Assembly: GCA_965603825.1 (NCBI GenBank)
Contig: CBFDEM010000043.1
Location: 1 to 64,000 of the forward strand
Source of the DNA: Blepharisma stoltei ATCC 30299
Taxonomy: Eukaryota > Protista > Ciliophora
DNA: 64,000 bases
Reading direction: 5' to 3'
Shown here: piece by piece, positions 24,964 through 36,593 of the stretch
Layout of the letters: every line of letters begins with the position of its first letter
Numbering within the stretch: position 1 is the stretch's first letter
Made by a program: the position numbers and the translations under genes
Notes under the pieces: generated by a model
Databases searched by the model: none
What the model saw: only the letters and a program-made list of their open reading frames with translations
What the model was told of the DNA's origin: nothing

Positions 24964-26490
24964 TTAATCTTCGCTTAAATTTCGGTTTAGTTCCATCTCG
25001 TAAAGTTTGATCAAGTGCTTATACTTGCTGATGCAGTTTTTCATTTTCGAAGCTTTGGATTTGTGCTTTATTTTATAGTTCAAGTGCTCCTCTCTGAGCT
25101 CATCAATGATCTTTTTGTAGTTCTTTTTCTGATTGTCTTTTCCGCCTTGTAAAGAAATCAGGTCTTTCATGCTTTCTACTTCATTTTTATACCAATCCAA
25201 AATGAAATCGCAGAGCAATACAATTCCTTTGAAGCATTTTTCAACACCCATAGAGTATTCAGGTAAAAATTCAAAAATCCCAGTTATCAGGCTTCTGATT
25301 TGCCTTGAATAAGCTGTTAAAATTTGATTGCAATACTCTTTAACCCCATTCAGCTTTTCATTTGTAAAATTAAACTGCTCATCTAATGTATTGTCTAGGT
25401 TTTTCAAAATAGTTCTGCCTTGGCTTTTTAAGTTCAAAATTTTCTGTAGCAAAGTTTCCTTGCTTGACTGAGGGTTAATCTCTGGAAGAGGAGATCGAAA
25501 TGGTTTGGATTTTGATGCAGAAGCTTGGGTTAGTTTCATAAAAGATGGAGTATGAGGCCTTCGAGATCTCTTTCTAGGGGATACGCTTAAGGTTTCCATA
25601 AGTGGCATGGAGTTTTCTTCGACCTTTTCGAGGGTTTTTGTTTCTTTTGTATATTGAATTCTGCATAAAATGCTGTCAGAGTCTCTTATTCTGACTTCTT
25701 TGTTTCCAATTTTCATATAGAAGTTTAACCACTCTGGATTTTTTGGTAATAAGCTGCCTTCTTTAATATCGATTGATTTAGTTGGGCTAAATGATGAATC
25801 CAAGTCTGTACATTTAGGATTCATCAGCGCGCTTGAATAAACTTTAAGTATGACCGCCAACTCTGACTGGTTTTCCACTGCATTTCCATCAAGACACCAT
25901 TCACAAATGCTGCCTGTATGTCTCCCTATAACCTCTGTATTACATTTTAGACACCTTTCAAGCCTATCTTCTACCTCAATAGTTTTGGCGATATAATTTT
26001 TCCCAGGCTCCTTTGCCATCATTTTTCACCCAGGAGAAATGGACCTTCCTCTTTTCTTCGAATTTTCGCATCCACATTCGTGGCAATCTTTCGTATTCTC
26101 GCTATGCTTTTCGTTTTGTTCAGACTGAAAAATATAGTCTAAGATTTCAAGCAAAGTGATCACGAGCTCTCTTTTGTTTGAAATGTCATAATTTGTATCA
26201 AGGAGGGGAATTAAGGAAGTTAAATGCTTGAGAGAATTGAGGAATTTTTCGTGCTGCTGCTTTGAGTTTTCGAGGAAATTGAGGTCTTCTTGGTTGTCTA
26301 TTAGGCTGTTGACTTGCTTTAGTCGGTTTTTATACTCAAAGAGCTTGTTTCTTGAAGAAGGGAAAGGAGAGATTTTGCCTTTGACGCGGGAAGAGTCTAG
26401 GATATCTGATGGGACTCTGACTCTCTTTAGCTGACTAGGAGATTCTTCTCGACGAAATTTTAAGTGATAGTTGCTATGAGAAATCTCCAT
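24964..26490 (-). CDS. Hypothetical coiled-coil protein (508 aa)
   Basis: Two ORFs joined by UGA 26026-26028. Contains CxxC pairs. No family recognised. Confidence 0.75.
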
Positions 26491-26849
26491 AAATTTAAAT
26501 AAGGAATATTAAAATATTAAATTTTCTACTGGTATTTTATAAAAACGGACACTATGAAGAATATTTATTCATCACGCATAAATTTGAAAATTTAAAGGAA
26601 AGGAGCAATTTTGCTATTAGACACAGGATAGGATTACCCATTCTTTCATTATTAAAGAATTTAGCTCAGCGCATAAATAATAATTTCAGCGGAAATGCTT
26701 TTAAATTGAAATTAATTTACAAATTTATGCAAGCAAGAGCTACTTTCCTTGTCTGATTTCAAATTATCCAGATTGATCCCGGCTTAATTCATCAATTAAG
26801 GGCTTCTCAATGATTTAAAACTTAATCGATTTATTAACTTGGAAAATTG

Positions 26850-26937
26850 CCAAAGATAAATTTTTATAAAAAACAAATTTCTAGAAGGACAATAAAAATT
26901 TGGATATTGGCAATTTTATTCCTTCTAGAAGATTATA
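26850..26937. repeat. Diverged direct repeat, copy 1 (upstream of MFS gene)
   Basis: Shares tttggatattggca and cttctagaagattata exactly with 29377-29463, colinear over ~90 nt. Confidence 0.7.
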
Positions 26938-27931
26938 GCCCTGATTTCATAAAAAGAATTTGTTCTAAATAAGAACAATTAAGACTGGCTATAACCTTAT
27001 TTTATTGCTAACATCACATATAAATGGTGGACTATTAAACATCAATTTTAAGATTTAAGTCTAGAAGTATTTTGCAAACTCCTGCAAAATTTATTAGAAA
27101 AAATCATTTAATTTCAAGCTTATTGCTTCATAATCGCATGGGCTGAAATATTTGCTGATCAATGCTAAAGTTTTTTTCATTTCATATTATATGTGCTGCA
27201 TTGCTCATAAAATCTTACTAGCTAAATCTCTTAAAGTCCTTAGTTGGCACTTAAATTTGACTATTATTTAATAGGTTCAATTCAAAATATAAAGCAGTGC
27301 AAAAGAAGCCAATTTAAATTTAATTTTTTTTCAAATTTCTGCTCAAATTATAATCTTCCTTTAATATTGATTGCTAAAGATTGAATATAAATAATTCCTA
27401 TAGGGAGTTACTTCAAGCTTTATTTAATTATCTTTCATATCTTCTTGAAAAATTTGACAAAAATTTACTAGCTGAAAATTATTCTTCTATTATAAAAGCT
27501 GAAGATTTTCATATTTCATATAGGAAAAACTTTGATAACTAATTTATATAATATTTATGATATTCTTTATAGATCTTTCAATTTGCAATTTATTTTGTAA
27601 GCAGCTAAAATCAATTGAGGGAATTAACCTAATTTTCAAAAATTGAGTATTTCAAAAATAATTTTATTGCTGAATGTTTTATCAATTTATAATCCTGCTA
27701 ATATTTCAATAGAGGAAAACTATCATCTTTTTCTAATCATAAAATGGCTTATAATTATAATGGATGTATAACCAAAAATCATATATTGCACTTCTTGAGC
27801 TTTTATCCAATTTTTAACGCTTGCATAATCAAAGGATGCCCAAAATAAAGAATTAACCTTTGATTATTGACTGCCCATAAAATAAGACGCTGAAGTTTTT
27901 ATATCTCCCACAATGTGTCGAATAATTTATA

Positions 27932-29258
27932 ATGGGTGTTCTCGTGAAGTACCAGTTCGTTATATTTTTGCTCTGCTTTATATGCACCGTGTCAAGACAT
28001 GCCTTATTAGAAGGCTGGGCTATGGCTTTGCCTCATGTCCACTCAGATTTGCACTTTTCGACAACATGAATCGGCGCTATAGATATGCTTTTTTTATTCA
28101 TGTACGCTCTTGGGAATATGATAGCTGGGGCAATCGGGGACTCTTATAGCAGGGTTCTTGTGGTCTCGCTTGGCTTAATTGTGTCATCCGGCTTTTGGGG
28201 AATCGTAATCATCCAATTAGGTATGGATTTTGATCATGTCAAGCATAGACCAACCTCCGATTTATTTGATATTTTTTGGGATTATGGGATGCCTGCAAGG
28301 TGGAATATATCCTGGAACAGTTGTTATTATGGGAAACTGGTTTGCTAAGGAATCAAGAGGGAAAATCCTTGGTATATGGTCGTCCTGCGCAGCAGTCGGA
28401 AATATCTTGGGATCTCAATTTTCAGCTGCAGCAATGAGCTTGGGCTTTTCGTGAAAAGAGTACCTAATTGTACTGATCGCCAACTTATGCCTAGTGGGTT
28501 GCATTTTTTGGGTTTTTGCAAAGGATTCAGCGGGAGTTAACCCAAATATACCCAAAAAGAAGCGCATATCAGCAATTCAAGCTTTGAAAATTCCAAAAGT
28601 TATACCATATGCTTTAACATTTAGCTGCTTAAAAATGCTTAATTATGGTCTGCTTATGTGGCTTCCGTATTTTTTAAAGACCGACCAAGACCTCCGTGAA
28701 GAAATAGTTGCAGCATTAACAGGACTTTTTGACATTGGAGGGGTTATTGGCTCTGTTACTTTAGGATGAATAAGCGATAAATATCTAGACAGAGTTATCA
28801 CGGCTATGATTGCTTGCCTAATTCCTATTCCAGGATTAGGGATCTTTAGAAGCATAACACCTGATGTATATTGGATGTTTTTCATAGTTATCCCGATACT
28901 AGGATTTGCATTAGGAGGAGGGACTGCATTTATCTCTGCAGTCGTTGCTGCAGACTTAGGACAAGACCAAGCAGACCAGCCAGAAGAGTCAAAATCTACA
29001 ATTGCAGGAATTATGGATGGGGCTGGAGGATTTGGTGCAGGGTTGGGACAAATAATTGTAAGAAATATTTAGATTGGAGGACTGCAAAATATCAGTTGAA
29101 GTGCAGTGTTTATCTATATGATTTTCGTAGGATGCCTTGCCTTGTTTTCCATTTCGCCTTTGGTTGTTAAGTACATTAGAAAAAGAAAGACAGAAAAACT
29201 AGTTGAATTAGACGACAAACAAGAAAATTCCATACAGGTTTCATTGAGCGTAGACTAA
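27932..29258 (+). CDS. MFS organophosphate:Pi antiporter-like (SLC37/GlpT family); two micro-introns
   Basis: GAIGDS, VIMGNWFAKESRGKILGIW, YGLLMWLPYFL, LFDIGGVIGS, STIAGIMDG. Four UGA. Introns at 28205-28220 and 29058-29072. Confidence 0.92.
28205..28220 (+). other. 16-nt intron GTAATCATCCAATTAG
   Basis: Removal restores the frame of the MFS gene. A at -6. Confidence 0.85.
29058..29072 (+). other. 15-nt intron GTAAGAAATATTTAG
   Basis: Removes an in-frame TAG and restores the last TM helices. A at -6. Confidence 0.9.
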
Positions 29259-29376
29259 AGACATACCGTTAAATAAGAGTTAAAAATATATTTACCTACA
29301 ATTTGTTTTCTCTTCTACTGGATGAGTATTATCCAGCAAGCTGATAAGCTGGCAGCTTTTCCTTAAGTAATTTTAT

Positions 29377-29463
29377 GCAAAGATATTTTCTTTTAAAAAC
29401 AAAAGTTCTGGAAAGATTTGAAAATTTTGGATATTGGCAGTTAACATCTTCTAGAAGATTATA
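29377..29463. repeat. Diverged direct repeat, copy 2 (downstream of MFS gene)
   Basis: Matches copy 1 at 26850-26937. Confidence 0.7.
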
Positions 29464-30444
29464 AATTTGGCTCTTCCAATTTATAATAAAAGTAAAGAGG
29501 CTTAAAGTACAGAGGAAATTAAATGAGGATTTCTTTTAATTAAATAGAAGCTTCAACATATATCGTAATCAAAGAGGAATATCCCATAATTAAACGAGAA
29601 TCTGAATTTTAGTCTTTATTTTTTTTACTATAATTTTCTTTTTTATGCCCAATAGACTTGCAAAATAGATATTTTTCTGTCTCAAGCCTTATTCAGGAAA
29701 CAATTAAATGCCAAAAATCTATTATATTGCTTAAAATAATAATAAAATCAGCAAATCTAGTGTATTATAAATTATCAATATAATATTATTCTTATTTATG
29801 TCTATAATATACCAGAGAAGATTGAAGAGAATTTGGCGACTGGATTTAAAATTCGCACCAAGTAAATTTTTTGGTTATTTAATTTAACCTTTATTTTTTC
29901 TTTTATTCCTATTTTCCATATTTTTCCACAATATAAGATGATGTCTATTGGAATGTCTTTCCAGCTCAATCAAATTATCAAAGCTCTCTTCATTAGGGCT
30001 TCTATTAGTAGTACTAAGCTAGATGCAAACAATAAATATTCTGGAAAATTAATGCAATATTATAATCAGATGAAAAGTTTAAAGAAATAACCCCAAGAAA
30101 TCCTAAATTTTTCACCCTGATAATTATAGAGTAATAAATCTGAATTTAATTTAGGATGAAAATTCTATTACTGTGCTACTCTATTCTGCCTTTAAGATAT
30201 ATTGACCTTTATTACATAATAATTAATTTTTTCCGGCAAAAGAAACGAGAAAAGAGTCTTCAATAATCAAAAAAGTAAAAAAAATAAAAATAGCCTTAAT
30301 GCATCTCAAGCAATCAGTGTTTCCTAATATTTGCCAGATGTGGTATGACATATAGAATTTTTCATTCTAAATAATTAAATTGCTACATTAAAACTTTTCT
30401 ATTCATATCTATTTCCCCATCATTTTCATTATTACGAATGTAAA

Positions 30445-30987
30445 ATGAGCTGCTCAATCTGCATCAGTTCTTTTTCCCCACCAATTTGCACTCTCTTTTG
30501 TTCTCACGCCTACTGCTTTTCCTGCATCCAAGAATGGTGCAAAGGCCACGATTTCTGCCCGCTCTGCAGCCAGCCAATCTCAACAGCCACGCTTTCAGAA
30601 GCTGACGGGTCTACACAAGAAATTCACCTTGAATGTAAAAAGGCAGAAGCTGAGCGTTCGCTTATGTGCCTTGACCATGACTATTTCAAAAAAGAAATTG
30701 CCAAGCTGGTTAGGCTTGCATATAATGTCGAAGTCGAAAGATTCAAACAGCGAAATAGCCAAGGAACGCCAGGCGAGTGGAAACTTTTACAGAATATCAA
30801 AAACAGACTAGAAGTTTTGGATTACGAAAACAAAGAGCTCATCCAGTTCGACCCAGAAACATTACTGGATGAAGTTTATACACTTGACTCACAATTAAAG
30901 ATGGTAAAACGCGGTGATGTTCCAGAGGATTTAATTCCTAGAGAAAAATCAATATCAAGTGACGAAGAAGATTACTATGACGACTAA
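30445..30987 (+). CDS. C3HC4 RING-finger protein (putative E3 ligase)
   Basis: CSIC..CSHAYCFSCIQEW..CPLC; acidic tail. Confidence 0.9.
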   Translation: MSCSICISSFSPPICTLFCSHAYCFSCIQEWCKGHDFCPLCSQPISTATLSEADGSTQEIHLECKKAEAERSLMCLDHDYFKKEIAKLVRLAYNVEVERFKQRNSQGTPGEWKLLQNIKNRLEVLDYENKELIQFDPETLLDEVYTLDSQLKMVKRGDVPEDLIPREKSISSDEEDYYDD

Positions 30988-31004
30988 TAGTTAAGTAATA
31001 AAAA

Positions 31005-31232
31005 ATGGAAGACTTGCAAATAGGACCCTTTTGAGCTTATGATTGATGGGATTCTGGATGGAATATGAAGTGAACAGAAGATGCTGAAGGAAACGTGCTT
31101 GCTCTTTGCCACTTTTTAAAATGGAGCCCAAAATCAAAAAGTAAAAATCCTTCAAGCTGCCCAGGTTGGAGAGATCATGTTGGAGAAGATATTGAAGGTT
31201 TGCCTTTCAAGATTCTCTGAGAGAGAATATAG
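31005..31232 (+). CDS. Trp-rich 75-aa small protein, unknown function
   Basis: A-rich context, ATG to TAG. With UGA=Trp: MEDLQIGPFWAYDWWDSGWNMKWTEDAEGNVLALCHFLKWSPKSKSKNPSSCPGWRDHVGEDIEGLPFKILWERI. Confidence 0.55.
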
Positions 31233-31424
31233 AAGAGAAGAAAAGACTATAATTCGTATTATAATTGAATTGGAAATGATGATGAAATAGGGAGACATGG
31301 CGAAGTGAACGAAGTTGCTATCAGGTGAGCAATTGCAATGCTAGCGAACAGCAAAATTAGGGAGGAATCAAGGAGAAGAGGATAGGTAATAGTAGTTCAT
31401 GAAGATAGGAGACTGATACTGATA

Positions 31425-32039
31425 AAGAAGGGAAGCAGGAAGTAATTGAAATTCTGAAGGATTATGAAGGATAACCATTATTGAGGTCCAAATAGCTTAG
31501 AATTGAGTGAACTAAGCATTATTTGTATTTCACTGACAGTAAGCCTCTAAGAGAAAGCACAATTGCCTCGCTAATTGGAAGTATTTTTGCGGCTGATTTA
31601 AAGCTTTTGGTACTGAAACCATTAGACTTGAACTGCTTAGCACATCCTACAGGAATTGCAGTAAGTTCAGATGGGAAAATAATTTTTAAGGCTGAATTGC
31701 ATAGAAATTGGATATGAGACTTAGTCAAAAACCAATCGAAGTGCACCATATGAGTGTCTTTCATCAGATTTCAGGGAGATTAGAACCTTCTGCAATTTAG
31801 ATTACCGAAGATGGGCTGCTTTATGCAGCGAACTACGATTTCGCAGACTATGTATGAATGGGCTGATTTCAATTCTCAATATGGACAGACAGATTCTTAA
31901 TACAATCACTGTTACAAATGCTCCAGAAATTGCAGGGCTCTATTTCTCTAAGACAAATTTTAGGATAATTTACATAACAGAGCCAATAACAGCAACTGCA
32001 TATAGAGTCTCAGTCCCAGTGAATATGCTAAAAATTTAA
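31425..32039 (+). pseudogene. SMP-30/gluconolactonase/strictosidine-synthase-like beta-propeller pseudogene
   Basis: Fragments LKDYEG*PLL/GPNSL, LYFTDS, CLAHPTGIAVSSDG, SVFHQISGRLEPSAI*ITEDGLLYAA, GLISILN, PEIAGLYF. Interrupted by TAA/TAG and frameshifts. Confidence 0.7.
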
Positions 32040-32093
32040 GAAAAAAATATCTAAATTATATAAGGAAACCTCATATTAAAATATTAATAAAAA

Positions 32094-32164
32094 TGCACCA
32101 TCCGGGACTCGAACCCGGGCCGGTAACTTGGGAGGCTACCATCATACCCCTAGACTAATAGTGC
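32094..32164 (-). tRNA. tRNA-Gly (anticodon CCC)
   Basis: GCACTAT/ATGGTGC acceptor stem, anticodon arm GTAGC-CTCCCAA-GTTAC, T-loop GGTTCGAGTCC, followed by an oligo-T Pol III terminator. Confidence 0.95.
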
Positions 32165-32314
32165 AGTTATCTCATATCAATGCCCCTGAGTTATATACTT
32201 CATTTCCTTTAAATTTAAAGATCTATTATTATCTATCCTATTAATACTATAAGAAATATGCTAAAATATCTAATCTCAAATTTAAATTATGCAATTTGCT
32301 GAAAAAAATTCAGA

Positions 32315-34177
32315 TTAAAAAGATTTATCTTTCTTTTGGAGCCCTGGAATCGACTCCTTAATTTTCAGCAGTCATTCTTGTGAAATCTTGGGCTTCAGTC
32401 TTTCTTCTTTGATAACCGCGCTTTCTATTCTTTCTTTAAACTCTTCGACCTCTCTATCAATTAAGTCCCCATTTTCTGATTTACTGTCAGTCGCTTCTTT
32501 TGTCGAGCTTTTTTGCTTCTGATTTTTTGTGGATTTTTTTTCGTCATTATTAATAAATCTTAACACCTCATCTACACTCATTTTGGTTGGATCAACAGTT
32601 TTGGATTTCTTAGGTCTTGTTTTGCGTTTTCCTTTAGGTTTTTCAATGCTTGGAATCCGCTTAGTTATAGCTTCATATGGGATTTCTTTGATTACCATAG
32701 GAACGTCTCAGGTGATGTTTTTGACTTTAAAAAATTTCTGGGCGATTTTATTACATAATTCTTTTAATGATTTGAATTTTTGTATGATTTCTTTTAATGA
32801 ATCATAGCATTTGCTTCGCAAAAATAAAATAGATAAAGGGTTAGAATATTCGTTGCTTTCCATAATTTCAAATAGGGAGTAGCAGAATTCTAACATCTTT
32901 GTTTGGAATAGCTCATCTTCAATTGTGAATGCGATTTTTATTTCTTTAAAAATACTAAAATTCATCAATTTCAGTTTGCCTTGATTATTTTTATTATTGA
33001 TATATAAAATTTTATTTTCTCAATATTTCATATGAGAAATATTGCTTTCCAGGTCTTTTGCCAGCGCATTTAAAATGCCATATTCGCGTGTGTTTTCTTG
33101 GATTTCAATAGTTATGTTATTATAGCCAATCATAACAGCATTCTGCCTCCCAATTATTTTGAACTGCTTATTAAATTCCATAATAGGATCATAAGCGTTA
33201 TGCTCAAGTAAATATTTTATATTAGCTGGATTTCCTGTTGCTATATACCTAATAGCTCTAATGCAAGGGATCTTTAATTTCATTTCCCCGCTTTTTAAAA
33301 ACCCAATCACTTTTTCAACCAGCCCTGACTCAATTAAAATATGAATTTGTCCATTAATACTCGTAATCCCCGCTATTGCTCACAAGCAATTTGCTTGAAT
33401 TTCAATATTGTCACAACATATAGCTTTATCCAATAAATAAACAATTTTTTCTAAGTCTTTCAATAAGAATCTGTAATTATTGCTTGCCAAATTCATTAAA
33501 AAATAAGCAATTGAATAAAATATTTCTTCGCTGACCTTGCTTATTTTTTCACAAATTTCAATAAGGATATCAAGCAGGTTGAACTCAATGATTTCGTTCT
33601 TGTATTGGTTATCGTCCTTAATTAAATTGGCAAGCGCCAAGATCACGGCATCTATAGAAAGCTCTAATTCAGGCTTAATAGACCTTGTTAAAATTTTTAC
33701 CCCATGGGCTTCTGCGAACTTGCTGGCATATTTAGCTGAGCTTGAGATAATTTTTGACAGCGCTGAGGCTGCGCTTGAAATAATAAAATCTTTAAAACCC
33801 AGTCTGACGAATTCAAGGAGCAGCTTAATGTAGTTATTTTTCACCAACAGCTCAATTGGAGGATCTTTATCATTTAAAAGTTGGGTTATTGACTTTGAAA
33901 GCTGTTCAATGATATCTTCAGTAGGATATCTATCAAAAATCTGCTTCATCAGGGCAAGCTTTTTAGTGAGGGATATGTCGCTTGATCAAAGTGATTGGCA
34001 ATAAGTTGCTTGGCCTGATCTGGTTTCTTTTTCAGATAGATTGGAATCAGAAGATTTTGAATGAAAAATGTGAGCGAGAGGGGAAATTGTACTGATTGGG
34101 AGAGATGGCGGAATATGGGCTGAAAAAGAGCTTTCACTTGGCTGGAATCCGTGTAATTCCAAAAATGACTGCGCCAT
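32315..34177 (-). CDS. ARM-repeat (importin-alpha-like) protein with charged C-terminal tail (620 aa)
   Basis: Five ORFs in one frame joined by UGA. ARM helices ILALANL, NCLWAIAGIT, PCIRAIRYIATG. TAA at 32315. Confidence 0.8.
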
Positions 34178-34413
34178 ATATATTTTTTATATTTAATTTT
34201 AAGATTTCTAACAACTCTCAATTGTGTTCTACTAGTTTTAAAGACTAGTAGTGACTATTGAGGAATGCATATTATAATAAAAAGTATCAGCTATTTTTGA
34301 GGGAATTAGTTCATTTTAAACTGAAATTCCATATCTATGAATTAAAACTGTTTAGTCCTTTAAATTTTCACTTACCCTTTTAATTGCAAGGGGACTTTAC
34401 AATATATTATTTA

Positions 34414-35373
34414 ATGGAAGAACAAGAAGATCTCTATGTCGTTGAATCGATTTTGGATAAGAAATTCTCCACTGCTCAAAACTGCTGGACTTATCTAGTC
34501 AAATGGCAAGGATATAACAAAGAAGATAGCACTTGGGAGCCAGAGGAAAACTTAGTCTATATTCCAAAAATTCTCAGCGCGTTTAATAAAGAGTATGAAG
34601 CTAAAATCGCTAGGGAAAAGAAAAAGAAGCAAAAAAAGCTTGATAACTTAGCAGAAAAGCAAAAAAGCACTCAAAAATTAAAGTCTGAGATAGTCGCTCA
34701 TACTTCAAAAGAAGCACATAAAGCTATGAAAACCTTAGATAAAATTGACAAAGAAGATGTTCCAGTAAAGAAGCAAAAAGTAGAGAGTACCCCTCAAGCA
34801 AGTGTAAGAGAAGCTCCAAATCCCCCTAAAACTTACACAAACATAAAAGAAACCCCTAGCCCTCAAAACCCACCAAAAACTCCTACAAACTCAAATTACA
34901 CTTATAATAAAATCCAAAATGGCCTAGCAAAGCCACCGCCAAAAGTCTATTCAAGGCCCACAAATAATATTGCTTCTGCTTTTAAATCATCTTTAGAAGA
35001 AAAATCTCAAGAAAATGAAATGGATATAGATGAAGATCATACAAATAGCTCTAAAATAATCGATGATCCAATCAACAATCGAGATACAATTCATGAAGCA
35101 GATGAAGGTGGCAATGAAGAGAGCATCCCAGAGTTTAACTTCTTGAAAAATATTCAGAGAAGAAAAGGAGATTTAAAATTAGACCAGCCAGCGAAAATAT
35201 TAGGATGTAGACAAGAAAAAAGCTCTATTTGATATGCTGTTATGTTTAAAAAAAGAAGAGATGGGTCAATTCCTTCTCCTAATGTCTACACCCATGAAGA
35301 GCTGGTAAAACAAGTTCCTTATTTGCTCAGTGAATATTTGATTGATAAAGCTACTGTTTTAAATTTAACGTAG
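34414..35373 (+). CDS. HP1-like protein: chromodomain + hinge + chromo-shadow-like domain (319 aa)
   Basis: YVVESILDKK..YLVKWQGYNKEDSTWEPEENL. UGA 35230 extends the frame into PAKILGC..WYAVMFK..VPYLLSEYL. Confidence 0.88.
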
Positions 35374-35444
35374 GTTAATTTATTCTATCAATTTTTGTTT
35401 TTCATTATAATTGATCATGATATAGGAATAAAGCTATTAATTGA

Positions 35445-36182
35445 TTAAATTTCAAGTTGATCTAACCCTAACTCTGCCCCACTGTTATTTACTCTTTGCT
35501 GTATGTATACAGTAGCTTCTCCCCAGCTCATAAGCTTTTTTATACTCTCATGTATTTTCCATTTACTTGAAGGCAGACTCTTCGTCAGCGTTATGGCCCA
35601 TGTCCCTTCTTTTACCTCACTTTCTGCAATTCTCAGCATCATGCTTGAATCAAAACAAGTGGAATTTGCAAAAATAAAGTCAGCATCAGCCCATCCTCTT
35701 GTAAACATATCGCTCCGAGTAAATTCAATTTCGGGGATTTTTGAATCTCATAAATCAGGCCTTGTGCTGATTTCACTTGGGAAAGTTTCTTCGTAAACTC
35801 TTTTCAGTTGTAAAGAAACGTTATAAAGGCCTTCAAGAATTTCAATACCGATGCATTTGTCAAAATTATGTAGAAGAGCACCTGCAATGACACCTTTGCC
35901 TGTGCCTGATCCTAAGTCATAGAAAATTCCGCCAGGCTTGATTCCTCCGTACCTTTCTTTGATGGTTTCAAATATTTCTCCAATTGAAATGAACTCTAGC
36001 TCACCGTATGTAAGGGTGCTTAATAGGTCATTGCTATCTCTTTCGTTTTTGGAAATTTCTTTCCCAAGTGAAACTGGAAAATCTCTTGTAATTGTTTGGA
36101 ATACGCTATTCTTACTGAAGAGTTTTTGCCTGGTTTCTTCAGTTAGTCATATAGGATCATTGGCACGATAGGAACGCTCCAT
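35445..36182 (-). CDS. DOT1-like class I SAM methyltransferase (245 aa)
   Basis: TLTYGE, FYDLGSGTGKGV, CIGIEIL, DFIFANSTCF, MSWG. Two UGA. ATG at 36182. Confidence 0.82.
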
Positions 36183-36593
36183 TAAATTTTTTAGTTGGAA
36201 ATGAATTTATAAGGAGTTTTATTATTAAAAAAACTTTTGGATTAGTTTTATTTCCCAAAGTATGATAGGTTTGCTTCAAACCTATTAATATAATTTAAAA
36301 ATAATTTATTTTTATAAACATTATGATAGATATTTGAAATTTTGATATAATATTTGATATACTTCATACCTGAATTTTTAACTTGCCCTTCAGCCACCTC
36401 ATCTTCCCTCTCTTTAGGAAGTCTAATGGTCTAATTAAGTCAAGGCCTTTGTAATCCATCACTCGTCACTATTCATCTGGAAGCGGTATTCATTGCAAAT
36501 ATGCTGTATTAATTGAAAAAATCAAATTCTATAATTTTAGCAATTTGAGTTGGTTTACATCTATCGAAGTGATATCACAATTTATATAATAAA

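Noticed and set aside
26491-27931. Retained IES or transposon in the long AT-rich gaps (also 29259-30444, 41308-42228, 46355-47037)
   Set aside because: No terminal inverted repeats or transposase remnants seen. TA-bounded IESs cannot be called without germline/somatic comparison.
35461-35473. Internal telomere-like TAACCCTAAC as a breakage site or telomerase RNA template
   Set aside because: A single partial match inside the DOT1-like CDS, expected by chance.
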